Shown: positions 9,581 through 19,536 of the stretch, one piece after another
How the letters are laid out: each line of letters begins with the position of its first letter
Numbering within the stretch: the stretch's first letter is position 1
Sequence record: OR805293.1
DNA length: 64,000 nucleotides
Direction: 5' to 3' (one strand)
Translations under genes and position numbers: made by a program
The notes under the pieces: model-generated
What the model saw: only the letters and a program-made list of their open reading frames with translations
What the model was told of the DNA's origin: nothing
The model's database searches: none

Positions 9581-10561
9581 ATGGGAAGACCTATTAAAAG
9601 CGATTGGTTTGGTGAAAGCGAAACGGGCCAACCTAAGTTAAGCATATATGCTAAGTTACCTGGTATGACTAATGCTGCCGAGGGTTTTATAGTAGCACAA
9701 AAAGGTACTCGTAAATATAAAGTAAACGTTAACGACACTATAGGCGATGTCTTTCTAGTTAATTCTAAATTAGCTGATTTAAATGAAGGCGAAGGGGTTA
9801 TATTCGTAGGCGAAGTAGATAGTGACATAACTGTTTCTAAAATACAACAATACGGATTAGTAGCAGTTAATTCCACTGGCGAAATTCAATTCGGCGGACA
9901 AACACAATGGGTAGTAGACGAAGAAACAGGATTACAACCTGATACTAGTTCTGTCCCGCAACCAAGTAATCAAACGTTGCTTGCAAATGCCAGTACTGCA
10001 TTTAAGAAAGAAAACGGAACATTATGGACTGGTTCGGGAATACCGGCATCAGGAATGTTAGTATCTAAAAATAATATAATTGAACTTGCATTGTCTGCAC
10101 ACTTGCGCGGTTCTGTTATTAACAGAAAAATAAACGACGACGGTTCGTATGATATATCTCTAACTTCTTCAACACAAGATTGGGCGTTTGACTATTGTGT
10201 AGGTATTGTATCGCCGGCAGTAACAGATATAACTACAGAATACGACGTTGTTCTTACTGCATATTGCAATTCAGAAGGTAAAGAACAAAACCCGGCTGTA
10301 TTTACTTTAGCAAAAGAAGATACATATGTATGGAAAAATACAGTTCTAGACGGAGATATTACTGACAGTGCATCCGATCCTGATAATCGGTGTGTTCAAA
10401 ATACTCTTAGATATACGTTCTTTAAAGATAATGTTGTGCCTCCAGTAGGTGAAGAAGATCCTATAGTAGGTACATTTATTATCAAATTAGAAGCAACCCA
10501 TAAAACTAACTTTAATACTGTTAGTGCAAAAATGATAGTTCGTGTAACAAAAGATTTTTAA
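9581..10561 (+). CDS. putative virion structural protein
   Basis: AAGGAGGAG RBS; beta-rich composition; TAAATA upstream; flanking terminator. Confidence 0.55.
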   Translation: MGRPIKSDWFGESETGQPKLSIYAKLPGMTNAAEGFIVAQKGTRKYKVNVNDTIGDVFLVNSKLADLNEGEGVIFVGEVDSDITVSKIQQYGLVAVNSTGEIQFGGQTQWVVDEETGLQPDTSSVPQPSNQTLLANASTAFKKENGTLWTGSGIPASGMLVSKNNIIELALSAHLRGSVINRKINDDGSYDISLTSSTQDWAFDYCVGIVSPAVTDITTEYDVVLTAYCNSEGKEQNPAVFTLAKEDTYVWKNTVLDGDITDSASDPDNRCVQNTLRYTFFKDNVVPPVGEEDPIVGTFIIKLEATHKTNFNTVSAKMIVRVTKDF

Positions 10562-10573
10562 TAAAATCTAAAC

Positions 10574-10606
10574 AAAGAAAAGCGCTTTTATATGCGCTTT
10601 TCTTTT
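10574..10606 (+). terminator. intrinsic terminator
   Basis: AAAGAAAAGCGC-ttttatat-GCGCTTTTCTTT. Confidence 0.8.
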
Positions 10607-10633
10607 GACACAGTTACTGTTTAATTGTATTAT
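10605..10633 (+). promoter_or_regulatory. sigma70 promoter
   Basis: TTGACA-17-TATTAT. Confidence 0.8.
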
Positions 10634-10664
10634 GCAACAACAAACCGTACAGTAGGATACTATC

Positions 10665-10907
10665 ATGCAAGAAATTATAGTGTACAGAAATCCGGTAGAA
10701 GCAGCGTTTTGGTCGAGCATGCAAGACGGAAATATTGTACTTTTTCTTGTGACATTTATGATTATGGCAGTATCATTAGTGGTAATGTTAGTAGCTCTGT
10801 ATAACACATTTGTTGTTAATAAACGGGTTCGCAATAAATGGATTTATGTTCCTGTTGTGTTAGGAATTTTAATTTCTATGATAACATGCTACAATCTATT
10901 TTTGTAG
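10665..10907 (+). CDS. small membrane protein
   Basis: Two TM segments; AGGA RBS. Confidence 0.75.
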   Translation: MQEIIVYRNPVEAAFWSSMQDGNIVLFLVTFMIMAVSLVVMLVALYNTFVVNKRVRNKWIYVPVVLGILISMITCYNLFL

Positions 10908-10919
10908 AACGAAAATCAA

Positions 10920-10947
10920 TAAAAAGGGCTTAAAGCCCTTTTTATTT
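10920..10947 (+). terminator. intrinsic terminator
   Basis: AAAAAGGGCT-taa-AGCCCTTTTT. Confidence 0.8.
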
Positions 10948-11023
10948 GTCTACGCATACCTTTAGCACAAAAATATTGTTTTATGCTATAATGTCCTTAC
11001 TATAATGTATTGAGAATATATCT

Positions 11024-12109
11024 ATGAATATTAATATATGGTATACTAACGTAGAACTACAAACAAAAACAAAGAAACAAGTACAGATTTGGCCTAAAAA
11101 AATTACTAGTCCCGAACCTTCCTACAGTTTTACAAATTGTGTAAGAAATGTACAAAACGTATTTGACGAAATACATATTTTAAAGGATATATCTATTAGA
11201 CACGGAAGTGCGAAAGTAATGCAAGCAGCAATATATATAAAAGAGATAGATATGTATGGCAGATTTGATCTGAGGGCAGAATCTCTTGTAGAACTTTTAC
11301 ATACAAAAAACATTTCTGTTTCGGAAGGTGTAATTAAAGGTAAGTTTTCATTTGATTTTAGTTCTAGTAGTTATAGAATTATTCCGGCAGATAATGTAAT
11401 TTCTGCCAGTGCAAAGAAAACTGCAAAAGAACTAATTCCATTTAGGGCATATAAAGATAAAGTAGGAAATTCCGTTATATACCTAGGGAAGGCATCAACT
11501 GAATGTGGCAAACAATTATTTTTGACAATCGACTTGCCTAATCATCAAGAAGAAAAAGGTCTAGCAAAAATGGCAGTAGATCTTGTAGGCGGAAGATATG
11601 CATGGTATATAAATTCTGATCATAATGTGTATAAGAACGAATTTGAAAAACTAAAATCATATGACGAAGACATGTACAATGTTATACTAAAATTAAAACA
11701 ATTAGATGTAGGTGATCTATCAAGTATATATGAAAAGTATTTCTTAAAGGCGTTTTATTATTGCACAAAAGAAGGACATCGTGTATTTGACCGCAGATTT
11801 GATGTAGCAACCGGGCGGACGCTAGGCACCGGAAGTTATCTATATAGACTGCAATATACAGTAGGTGTTCCTTCGTTGTATCAAGAAATTGACGATATTA
11901 GTGAAATGTTCGTCAGTAACGGAATTCCTGGAACATATGTAGCTATTCCCAAGAAATGGCTATCTTACAAATATATCAGTGCTAGCAACGCATTACCTTT
12001 ATACGTAGACTTTAAAAATAAAATCGTCCGTAAAACAACTGTAACTGATGAAATTAACCCATATGAATACGATGATAGTTTTATAAATGAAGTATTAAAT
12101 CATATATAA
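11024..12109 (+). CDS. hypothetical protein
   Basis: 361-aa ORF downstream of TGcTATAAT extended -10 (10984-10992). Confidence 0.85.
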   Translation: MNINIWYTNVELQTKTKKQVQIWPKKITSPEPSYSFTNCVRNVQNVFDEIHILKDISIRHGSAKVMQAAIYIKEIDMYGRFDLRAESLVELLHTKNISVSEGVIKGKFSFDFSSSSYRIIPADNVISASAKKTAKELIPFRAYKDKVGNSVIYLGKASTECGKQLFLTIDLPNHQEEKGLAKMAVDLVGGRYAWYINSDHNVYKNEFEKLKSYDEDMYNVILKLKQLDVGDLSSIYEKYFLKAFYYCTKEGHRVFDRRFDVATGRTLGTGSYLYRLQYTVGVPSLYQEIDDISEMFVSNGIPGTYVAIPKKWLSYKYISASNALPLYVDFKNKIVRKTTVTDEINPYEYDDSFINEVLNHI

Positions 12110-12173
12110 TTTATTTAATACGATACTAGACTATATACGGTATTCTTTTGTATGATATACAATGACAGTTGGG

Positions 12174-12344
12174 AATTTAAATGCTTTTTACAGTTGCTGC
12201 AAAGCATGCAAAATAACGCATACGTAAACAGCACAAAACACGCGCATAATGCGTTGTTTGTGTGCTTTGTGTATACTGCACTAGCATGCAAACTAGCATG
12301 CAAAATAACGCATTTTTGCAGCTATAACGCTAGGGGTACGCATT
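12174..12344. other. GA/TC-dinucleotide-free intergenic tract
   Basis: 171 nt with no GA and no TC. Confidence 0.85.
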
Positions 12345-12546
12345 CCTACAAATATAATAATTTGCTAGAATGATGTATATTTTTAAATTCTAAATTTAAC
12401 CTATCCTATAATATACATTACGGAAATGTTACAATTAAAAATTTTATTATCTCAGACTTTATGCACATTCAATCTTATAATACTATATTAAATACAAATA
12501 TATTTATTGATTTGCAAGTAACATTTAACAAACGGAGTATATTTTA

Positions 12547-12870
12547 ATGGTCTCTGTTAATATACCGTTAATTGTATCTAATAAAATATATAAAATGGAA
12601 TTTGAATATGGCAAGGATGATGTGTTATATTTGTGTATGTATAGTGACAATAATACATATCTACATAATATAATAGTCAATACAGAATTTTCTATGCTTT
12701 TTGTTCAATGTATGGGTAAAACTATACCACTAGAATCGATATTATATATCCAGTCAAATATAAAAACAATAAGTGTGACTGATGATTATGGCTGTATAAC
12801 CCTACATAACGATACATTTTGTTTATGTACTGGATATTTTCAGGAAAAAGTTAAATTTTTTGCAGATTAA
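12547..12870 (+). CDS. small AT-rich hypothetical protein
   Basis: ORF track; GGAG RBS. Confidence 0.6.
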   Translation: MVSVNIPLIVSNKIYKMEFEYGKDDVLYLCMYSDNNTYLHNIIVNTEFSMLFVQCMGKTIPLESILYIQSNIKTISVTDDYGCITLHNDTFCLCTGYFQEKVKFFAD

Positions 12871-12872
12871 AT

Positions 12873-13199
12873 ATGAATGAACAAATTATATTATGTTTTC
12901 AAGCATGCATTAATAAATTTGCCTACTTAGGAAACCCAAAAATAAGATTATTTAGAATCGGTAAAAGTGTCAAGATATCTGCACGGAATTATAATAATAT
13001 GGATATAGGTTCGTTTGACAGTAATTTGAAATTTTTATTATATATCGATAGTATCCAAGATATTGGAATATATGATGAAAATTTTATATTTTATATATCA
13101 ATAAATTCAGACGAAATATCATTTTTGGGTTCTACAGGTACAGCACAAGTAGATACTGAACTTGGAATTACTATATTCTTTACCCGCACCAAAACATAA
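12873..13199 (+). CDS. small hypothetical protein (ILxLQ family-like)
   Basis: IILCFQ start; LLYIDS in second half. Confidence 0.6.
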   Translation: MNEQIILCFQACINKFAYLGNPKIRLFRIGKSVKISARNYNNMDIGSFDSNLKFLLYIDSIQDIGIYDENFIFYISINSDEISFLGSTGTAQVDTELGITIFFTRTKT

Positions 13200-13208
13200 T
13201 CCTAAATT

Positions 13209-13466
13209 ATGATATTCATTGCACAGCGACTATTATATAACATAACATATAATAAAAATACAATACTGTTCGGTTGTTTTAATAGTGGATATTTTTTAAT
13301 TAATAGAAGAAGTGGTATTGGATTCTTATTTACAGATATATGTATGAAACGAATAAAATGCATTTATTTCATATTATATATTTCGCGTAATACTAATACT
13401 ATAGGCAAAGATGCAATCTATATTAAAGATTTAGAACTACTCAGAGCAATGCACATACTTCGATGA
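13209..13466 (+). CDS. small hypothetical protein (ILxLQ family-like)
   Basis: MIFIAQ start; ILYISRNT in second half. Confidence 0.55.
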   Translation: MIFIAQRLLYNITYNKNTILFGCFNSGYFLINRRSGIGFLFTDICMKRIKCIYFILYISRNTNTIGKDAIYIKDLELLRAMHILR

Positions 13467-13771
13467 ATATAAATTTAATACTGCTACTTCAAAGATGTAC
13501 GTCTGTAATAGGAGGATTCCAACGCGGCGGCGCAACACTTATCCATATTTATAGTGATTTTAATTTATCTGCTATAATGACGTTATACAAAAGAAGATGC
13601 AAATGCATTGTATTTACTGACATTTTGTTTAACGACATTAAAGACGGTTCTATAGATATCATTATCTATATAAGTAAGAATGCAAACCTAATACACGATA
13701 AATTTGCCTACATAGACACATCTGTTACAGATGAATCTTCTGTTCCTTTACACGATATGACAGGAATATGA
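13463..13771 (+). CDS. small hypothetical protein (ILxLQ family)
   Basis: LILLLQRCT start; IIYISKNA in second half. Confidence 0.6.
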   Translation: MNINLILLLQRCTSVIGGFQRGGATLIHIYSDFNLSAIMTLYKRRCKCIVFTDILFNDIKDGSIDIIIYISKNANLIHDKFAYIDTSVTDESSVPLHDMTGI

Positions 13772-14253
13772 ATAATCCTATATATAATTTTATACTTGCA
13801 AGACGAATATGCAAACGGTATAGAATAAAATTCAATCCTTTTGTAAAATTAGATACAGGAAGTTTACAAATAGATAACGCAGATAAAATAACAGTTAGCG
13901 TAAATGTATTTAATAGTAATTTTATACCTATATTTTGGCACGAAATAGGGCATTATATTCATCATACATTAGTTAATTATAAAATTTATTTAGATTACTA
14001 TACTCCTATTTGTCCTACACACGGGTATCTTTTATATAATAAGACACAAGATTTTTATAAATGTCTTTATTCCGAAATGTTTGCTAGTAGATTTGCACTA
14101 AAGGTATGCGGAGCAAAACATAAGAAATACCTCATAAAATGTTTTCACACATACACTTCTGCTGCATTTAAAACCAACATCGCCAGCCAATCCAAATTTA
14201 CAAGATTTGTAGATTTTGTAGAAAAACTTTCTAGAAAATTAGATAGATATTAA
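13768..14253 (+). CDS. HExxH metallopeptidase-like protein (ImmA/IrrE-like)
   Basis: FWHEIGHYIH ... SEMFASRFA. Confidence 0.6.
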   Translation: MNNPIYNFILARRICKRYRIKFNPFVKLDTGSLQIDNADKITVSVNVFNSNFIPIFWHEIGHYIHHTLVNYKIYLDYYTPICPTHGYLLYNKTQDFYKCLYSEMFASRFALKVCGAKHKKYLIKCFHTYTSAAFKTNIASQSKFTRFVDFVEKLSRKLDRY

Positions 14254-14256
14254 TAT

Positions 14257-14451
14257 ATGAACACTTATGATTATATAAGACAGAATAACGACAAAATAGT
14301 TACATTTGAAACCATATTACATATAAGCAGTAGAAGTAGAGTAATAAGACTGCATTACAATTTTAGTTATATTTTACAACGAATGTCTCTAATTCTACCA
14401 GATAAACGCGGGAACCTGGTAATTAAATACTTTTATTACCGAAGTGTATGA
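14257..14451 (+). CDS. small hypothetical protein
   Basis: ORF track. Confidence 0.4.
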   Translation: MNTYDYIRQNNDKIVTFETILHISSRSRVIRLHYNFSYILQRMSLILPDKRGNLVIKYFYYRSV

Positions 14452-14538
14452 AATATATTTCGTGTATATTATATAACTTTCTGTTCACTACTTATATAAA
14501 AGTACATTCCAAAAATATTGTAAATATAGTATAGTTTT

Positions 14539-14760
14539 CATATAAAAGTATGCGTATAATTTGCACATATAACGCAATAGCACAGCAACAAACAAAACGT
14601 AATAAAAAAATGTTGCAATAGCTTAAAAGTTTTAGTATAATAAGCACATAACAACGCAATACAGTTTACAAACAAAACGTAATAAAAAATGTTGCAATAG
14701 CTTAAAAGTTTTAGTATAATAAGCGTATAATGCAGCTTATATAACAAGTTAAAAACCCCT
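14539..14760. other. GA/TC-dinucleotide-free tract containing the tRNA promoters
   Basis: 222 nt with no GA and no TC (includes an internal duplication). Confidence 0.85.
14613..14720 (+). promoter_or_regulatory. tandem duplicated sigma70 promoters for the tRNA cluster
   Basis: Two copies of TTGCAA-tagcttaaaagttttag-TATAAT (14613-14641, 14692-14720), each with an upstream A-tract; period 79 bp. Confidence 0.85.
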
Positions 14761-14833
14761 CGGTAGCTCAGTTGGTTAGAGCGCGCGACTCATAATCGCT
14801 AGGTCACTGGTTCGAATCCAGTTCGAGGGACCA
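14757..14833 (+). tRNA. tRNA-Ile2 (CAT, lysidine type)
   Basis: Cloverleaf; anticodon arm GCGA-CT-CAT-AA-TCGC as in bacterial Ile2; CCA encoded. Confidence 0.85.
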
Positions 14834-14855
14834 ATTTTAAGATGTTGTGCTTTTA

Positions 14856-14940
14856 GCCCGAGTGGTGAAATTGGTAGACACAGGAGACTTAAAATCTCCC
14901 GCTTCGCAGCGTACCGGTTCGAGTCCGGTCTCGGGTACCA
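14856..14940 (+). tRNA. tRNA-Leu (TAA)
   Basis: Cloverleaf with long variable arm; CCA. Confidence 0.97.
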
Positions 14941-14990
14941 AACAAAAGATATAAATACTTAACAAGATAGGAAACTATTCTAAAATTAAA

Positions 14991-15066
14991 TGGCTAGTAG
15001 CTCAGTTGGTAGAGCAAGTGACTGTTAATCATTGGGTCGTAGGTTCGAGTCCTACCTAGCCAGCCA
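14991..15066 (+). tRNA. tRNA-Asn (GTT)
   Basis: Cloverleaf; TGGCTAG/CTAGCCA acceptor stem; CCA. Confidence 0.97.
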
Positions 15067-15092
15067 ATTACACTTTGTTGTATATTCAATAT

Positions 15093-15168
<76 letters not shown>

Positions 15169-15237
15169 ATTTTAAATAACATTTGTATCTAAAGAGATAC
15201 AATAGTCTAAATAAAATATTCATATAATGTTTCAAAC

Positions 15238-15314
15238 GGGACTTTAGCTCAGTTGGTTAGAGCGCGCGACTCATAATCGCTAGGTCACTGGTTCGAATCC
15301 AGTAAGTCCCACCA
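15238..15314 (+). tRNA. tRNA-Ile2 (CAT), second copy
   Basis: Body identical to 14757 copy; different acceptor stem GGGACTT/AAGTCCC; CCA. Confidence 0.85.
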
Positions 15315-15364
15315 ATTTTTATATACAAATCAAACTATACTTAAACTATATAATGAATGAATAT

Positions 15365-15449
15365 GCCCGGTTGGTGAAATCGGTAGACACAGGAGACTTA
15401 AAATCTCCCGACGAAAGTCGTGCCAGTTCGAGTCTGGCACCGGGCACCA
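15365..15449 (+). tRNA. tRNA-Leu (TAA), second copy
   Basis: Cloverleaf with long variable arm; CCA. Confidence 0.97.
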
Positions 15450-16391
15450 AACTCCTACAAAAGGAACATATTATAGTATGTTCCTTTTTTATTATGATAT
15501 TTTTATTATGAATGAAATAATGCATATATCTGCCAACACATACGTAATAGAATATCGCGTATTAAACAAGTTAGTAGTCACTATAAAAAATAATAGATAT
15601 TTTACATTATGGGTACATTTTGATATCGGTACATTTTCTATGGCATGGAAATACAATGCAATATAGAATTAAAAAATGAAATACATTATTAATTTACAAT
15701 ACTCAACAGAAGTAATATATATGCCGTGTTTCAACATAATATCGTTATGCGATAATAGATCTGTTACTATCCTTTCTATTACTATGATATTTAAGATAAG
15801 ATACTATTTGCATCCGATGTTCCGTTATATTCTATAATACATAATATTTTTATTGTAACAAATACCAGAAGTGCTTAGATAATATATAGCAATTCTGTTT
15901 ATTATCGATATTGCGGTATACTTAGTATTTCTTATTAACCGTATTACATAGAATAAAGAATGGAAAAAATTTTAACTATTTCACATAAAACATTAATATG
16001 TGAACTGTCGTTATTAAACTGGTCGAAATCCATAGTTTGTGCATATTCTGGCGAAATAATATGGTATGTTCGGTTGCATAAGAAATGTTATGTAGTACAG
16101 CTAAGATGATAATGAACTGTATTTTTTCCTATTCGTACTATTTAGAACGCATCGTATGTCATGCAAAAATCTACAAAGGGTTTGTAGTCAGTAAAAATAC
16201 TTTTTGTGAGAAATCCGTAATAGCTTTATACTTAATAAATAGTGGTAGTTATTTTCATAAATGTTATGTCGATCATTACTTAATTGTATAGATATATTTT
16301 AATAAAAATAGTTGACCGAACAAACAAAACAGTATATAATGTTACGCATATAAAGCATTATTACAAAGCTATCATTAGTTGCACAAGATAT

Positions 16392-16468
16392 GCGCTCGTA
16401 GCTCAGCTGGATAGAGCATCCGCCTTCTAAGCGGATGGTCGGGGGTTCGAATCCCTCCGGGCGCGCCA
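16392..16468 (+). tRNA. tRNA-Arg (TCT)
   Basis: Cloverleaf; CCA. Confidence 0.97.
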
Positions 16469-16488
16469 ATTTTAAAGAGTGTTGTGTT

Positions 16489-16719
16489 ATGCAAACAATA
16501 AGATTTGACATAAGACTTCTTCGTTATAGTATGAAACAAGGTTTCTGTTGCATAGGTAAAGATATATTTGAAGTGTGCAGAAAAACTCGGATCAGTCCAG
16601 GTCAGCTAAACTTACGAAAAAATTATATAGGACGAGTATTAATCGGAATTGATTCGAACTACAATCTGCACAATACCTGTTTAGTAGGCTGGACTCGCTA
16701 TAAAAATATTATAGTATAA
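16489..16719 (+). CDS. hypothetical protein
   Basis: First ATG after tRNA-Arg within ORF 16435..16719. Confidence 0.5.
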   Translation: MQTIRFDIRLLRYSMKQGFCCIGKDIFEVCRKTRISPGQLNLRKNYIGRVLIGIDSNYNLHNTCLVGWTRYKNIIV

Positions 16720-16736
16720 AAATTTATATTAATAAT

Positions 16737-16979
16737 ATGAATAGATGCAAAGAACATCTACAATACAGAACAATCAAAAAGCATACATTAACTTGTAGGA
16801 AATGCAAAGAGTTATCGTTACAAATAAAATTATTTTGGCTTCAACAACAAGCATTCAGTATTAGAACCGATACTAGCGGAATATACATATTCGATATTAA
16901 ATATAATTCTATTTACGTATACTCTGTAGCTTGGTATAATACAGAATTATACGGTAAAGGGAAAATAATTTTAGAATAA
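16737..16979 (+). CDS. small hypothetical protein
   Basis: ORF track. Confidence 0.45.
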   Translation: MNRCKEHLQYRTIKKHTLTCRKCKELSLQIKLFWLQQQAFSIRTDTSGIYIFDIKYNSIYVYSVAWYNTELYGKGKIILE

Positions 16980-17007
16980 ACATGTATATATAAGAGTACC
17001 TCAAATA

Positions 17008-17340
17008 ATGAATAATTATTCTAATGATACAGATATTCTAAAATGGATAAAGCGTAACAATAGAAAAAATGCACGTCTAATTTCATATATAGACGGAATA
17101 TATAATATTGTTTATTTCGATGGCGGAAAAGCAAGAGTTGGCATAGTAAAAGACAATATGCACTGCAGATACGGAATACATAGTCGTGGATCTATGTATT
17201 CGAAAGATATAATGAGCCTGTGGCAATCTAGTACAGGTTCGTGTTCGCCCGATGATGTAAAGATTATGCAAGATTATCTAGACGATAAATGCATACTTCC
17301 GGAATTTGATTTTTCTCAGATTAAAAATTTAAAATGGTAA
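17008..17340 (+). CDS. hypothetical phage protein
   Basis: 110-aa ORF with globular composition. Confidence 0.75.
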   Translation: MNNYSNDTDILKWIKRNNRKNARLISYIDGIYNIVYFDGGKARVGIVKDNMHCRYGIHSRGSMYSKDIMSLWQSSTGSCSPDDVKIMQDYLDDKCILPEFDFSQIKNLKW

Positions 17341-17363
17341 ATAATATAACAATATAGTTTTAT

Positions 17364-17440
17364 CGCAGGGTATGCAAGAGGTCTAAGCAGAAAGGCTCAT
17401 AACCTTTTTATCGTGGGTTCGAATCCCACCCCTGCAACCA
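17364..17440 (+). tRNA. tRNA-fMet-like initiator (CAT)
   Basis: C1:A72 mismatch; acceptor CGCAGGG/CCCTGCA; CCA. Confidence 0.85.
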
Positions 17441-17449
17441 GTTTTATAT

Positions 17450-17526
17450 CTAGGCATAGCTCAAGTAGGTAGAGCACTTGCTTTGGGAGCAAGAGGTTGG
17501 GGATTCGAGGTCTCCTGCCTAGACCA
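17450..17526 (+). tRNA. tRNA-Pro (TGG)
   Basis: Cloverleaf; CCA. Confidence 0.95.
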
Positions 17527-17535
17527 ATTTACTAT

Positions 17536-17608
17536 GCAGTCCTAGCTCAATTGGTAGAGCACTGTCCTTCCAAGTCAGATGTTACGGGTTCGAGTCCCGT
17601 GGGCTGCT
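17536..17608 (+). tRNA. tRNA-Gly (TCC), CCA not encoded
   Basis: Cloverleaf; discriminator T followed by CAA. Confidence 0.92.
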
Positions 17609-18337
17609 CAATATTCTAATATAATCGATGATTCGTGTAGTGGATAAATATGGAAGTATAGTTATACCATCTAATATAACGGTGCTGGAAATACAGGCAT
17701 ACACAACAGAGTTAGTGTATGTAAGAAAATCTCATTGTTTATGTTTATACATTCCTAATATAGGAAATTATGCTTTATGGTTTTTAGACAGATAGGATAA
17801 AAATATAAATCGATATTGTTCTGTTTAAGGAACCAACATTAAATGGCAGGTTGCATATTTAGACTCGATTTGTCTATTTTTCGTGAAAATGTATATAGTA
17901 TTTCTAGGTTGTCTTATACAAAATCTATATGTGTTTCAATAAAAACTAAACCGACAAGCAATAGAAGACAATTAGAAATATATGTTGTAGATAAAACAAC
18001 TGATTTTTTAGTTGCATGCAAATATTTTTAGCTTATCTATTTTGACTTGCCTTTAAAATAAATAACCATTATATATTTGATATAACAACTATTCTAAATA
18101 GAAATAAAACCATAAATACACATAATAACGGTGTGGATTTATGGAAAACATATTTAGGATATCTATTAATGCTAACGAAGGTATTATACGAATATCCCCT
18201 ACTTACTTTTTTAATGGTGTTTTTTATTCAAAGCATTTGAATATTTTTATAATAGATCCCGACGGATATCTAATAAGAAAAATATATACTTGTAGTACAT
18301 TCTTATGATGATTTCTTTTAAATATACAAAATAGCAT

Positions 18338-18366
18338 TTGACACAAGTATAATTATTTCGTATAAT
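18338..18366 (+). promoter_or_regulatory. consensus sigma70 promoter
   Basis: TTGACA-17-TATAAT. Confidence 0.9.
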
Positions 18367-18397
18367 AAGTGTATAAAATAACAAAAGAGAATTTTAA

Positions 18398-18757
18398 ATG
18401 ATTTCCAAAATTCAAATTGTATACGGAATATATCTTCCTACTGCTGATGCAAAAATTATATACGAAGACTCGGAATACGAATCTAATAAAATAAATAAAA
18501 ATATTAGATTATTTGCAAATGATGCATATTTAGAAGATAAGATTTTAGAAAATAAGGAATTCGAAGATAATCCCTATGTTCCGCACTTTTATGGTATTTT
18601 TTGTAAAGAATTCGATAATGACCAAAGTGCATACTTATATAATGTTCCCAAATCTTTTATAGATGAATATAATAATGTAGCTCCAGCTATTTTGGCTAGA
18701 CTCGGTTATTTAGATAGAGTTGCAGGAAAACAACATTGTAGAATAATCTACGAATAG
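18398..18757 (+). CDS. hypothetical protein
   Basis: ORF downstream of consensus promoter. Confidence 0.75.
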   Translation: MISKIQIVYGIYLPTADAKIIYEDSEYESNKINKNIRLFANDAYLEDKILENKEFEDNPYVPHFYGIFCKEFDNDQSAYLYNVPKSFIDEYNNVAPAILARLGYLDRVAGKQHCRIIYE

Positions 18758-18771
18758 AATTAACTAGTTTT

Positions 18772-18861
18772 GGAGAGGTGATAGAGTCTGGTTTATTATA
18801 CTAGTCTTGAAAACTAGCGGATCGAAAGGTCCCGTGGGTTCGAATCCCACCCTCTCCGCCA
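18772..18861 (+). tRNA. tRNA-Ser (TGA)
   Basis: Cloverleaf with long variable arm; CCA. Confidence 0.96.
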
Positions 18862-18866
18862 AATAT

Positions 18867-18956
18867 AGATACTTGACCGAGTGGCTTAAGGTGCTTCCCT
18901 GCTAAGGAAGTGAGTTTGAAAAAGCTCCGTAGGTTCGAATCCTACAGTATCTGCCA
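18867..18956 (+). tRNA. tRNA-Ser (GCT)
   Basis: Cloverleaf with long variable arm; CCA. Confidence 0.96.
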
Positions 18957-18962
18957 ACACAT

Positions 18963-18990
18963 AAGCGGAACAATTGTTCCGCTTTTTATT
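18963..18990 (+). terminator. intrinsic terminator after Ser tRNAs
   Basis: AAGCGGAAC-aatt-GTTCCGCTT followed by T-run. Confidence 0.85.
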
Positions 18991-19316
18991 AACCTAATAA
19001 ATGTTATTTTATAATGTTACTCATTATAAAACACAATAACAAAAATATCTTATAATACTAGTTTTGAAATTTCTAAAATAATTTGCAATGATATTTGTTT
19101 TAGTTATTATATAGAAAAAGATTACTAGACAAAGTATTATTGCAGATGTCAAATGCAATCAACTAATATTATTATCTAATTTAGCAAAATCAGAAAATAC
19201 TCATTTAAATCAGTATAGTATTACATTCTGGTATTTTCCATTAAAACAATAAATTTACAATTTTATTAATACACCGAGTATAGTATATTAAATATAAATC
19301 ACACGAGGTCACAGTT

Positions 19317-19532
19317 ATGAACAAACATTTCGATATAATTGCCGAACTTGAATATCCTACTTATACTGTACAAGTAAGGAAATATCGCGACGATGGTAGA
19401 TATGAGGTTGGTCAACAACCCAACGAGGGCGAGTATGTTGCACGCCACGAAAATTGCACTGCCGACGACGCCATCCGCGTACTATCTCACTACTGCACAG
19501 CAGCCCTTTATAAAATAAAGAAACAATACTAA
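19317..19532 (+). CDS. hypothetical protein
   Basis: GAGGT RBS; higher GC than flanks. Confidence 0.8.
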   Translation: MNKHFDIIAELEYPTYTVQVRKYRDDGRYEVGQQPNEGEYVARHENCTADDAIRVLSHYCTAALYKIKKQY

Positions 19533-19536
19533 TTAA

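Noticed and set aside
12115-12373. ORFs spanning the GA/TC-free tracts (12152..12373, 12115..12303, 14538..14747, 62203..62415, 5' extension of 24263)
   Set aside because: Absence of GA removes TGA stops and Asp/Glu codons, producing artefactual Ala/Cys/His-rich ORFs with no RBS.
17669-17712. 5' half of a tRNA-Leu(TAG)-like remnant or split tRNA
   Set aside because: Resemblance (GTGCTGGAA..GGCATACAC..TTAG) is limited to the D-arm region; no anticodon stem, T arm or matching 3' half found.
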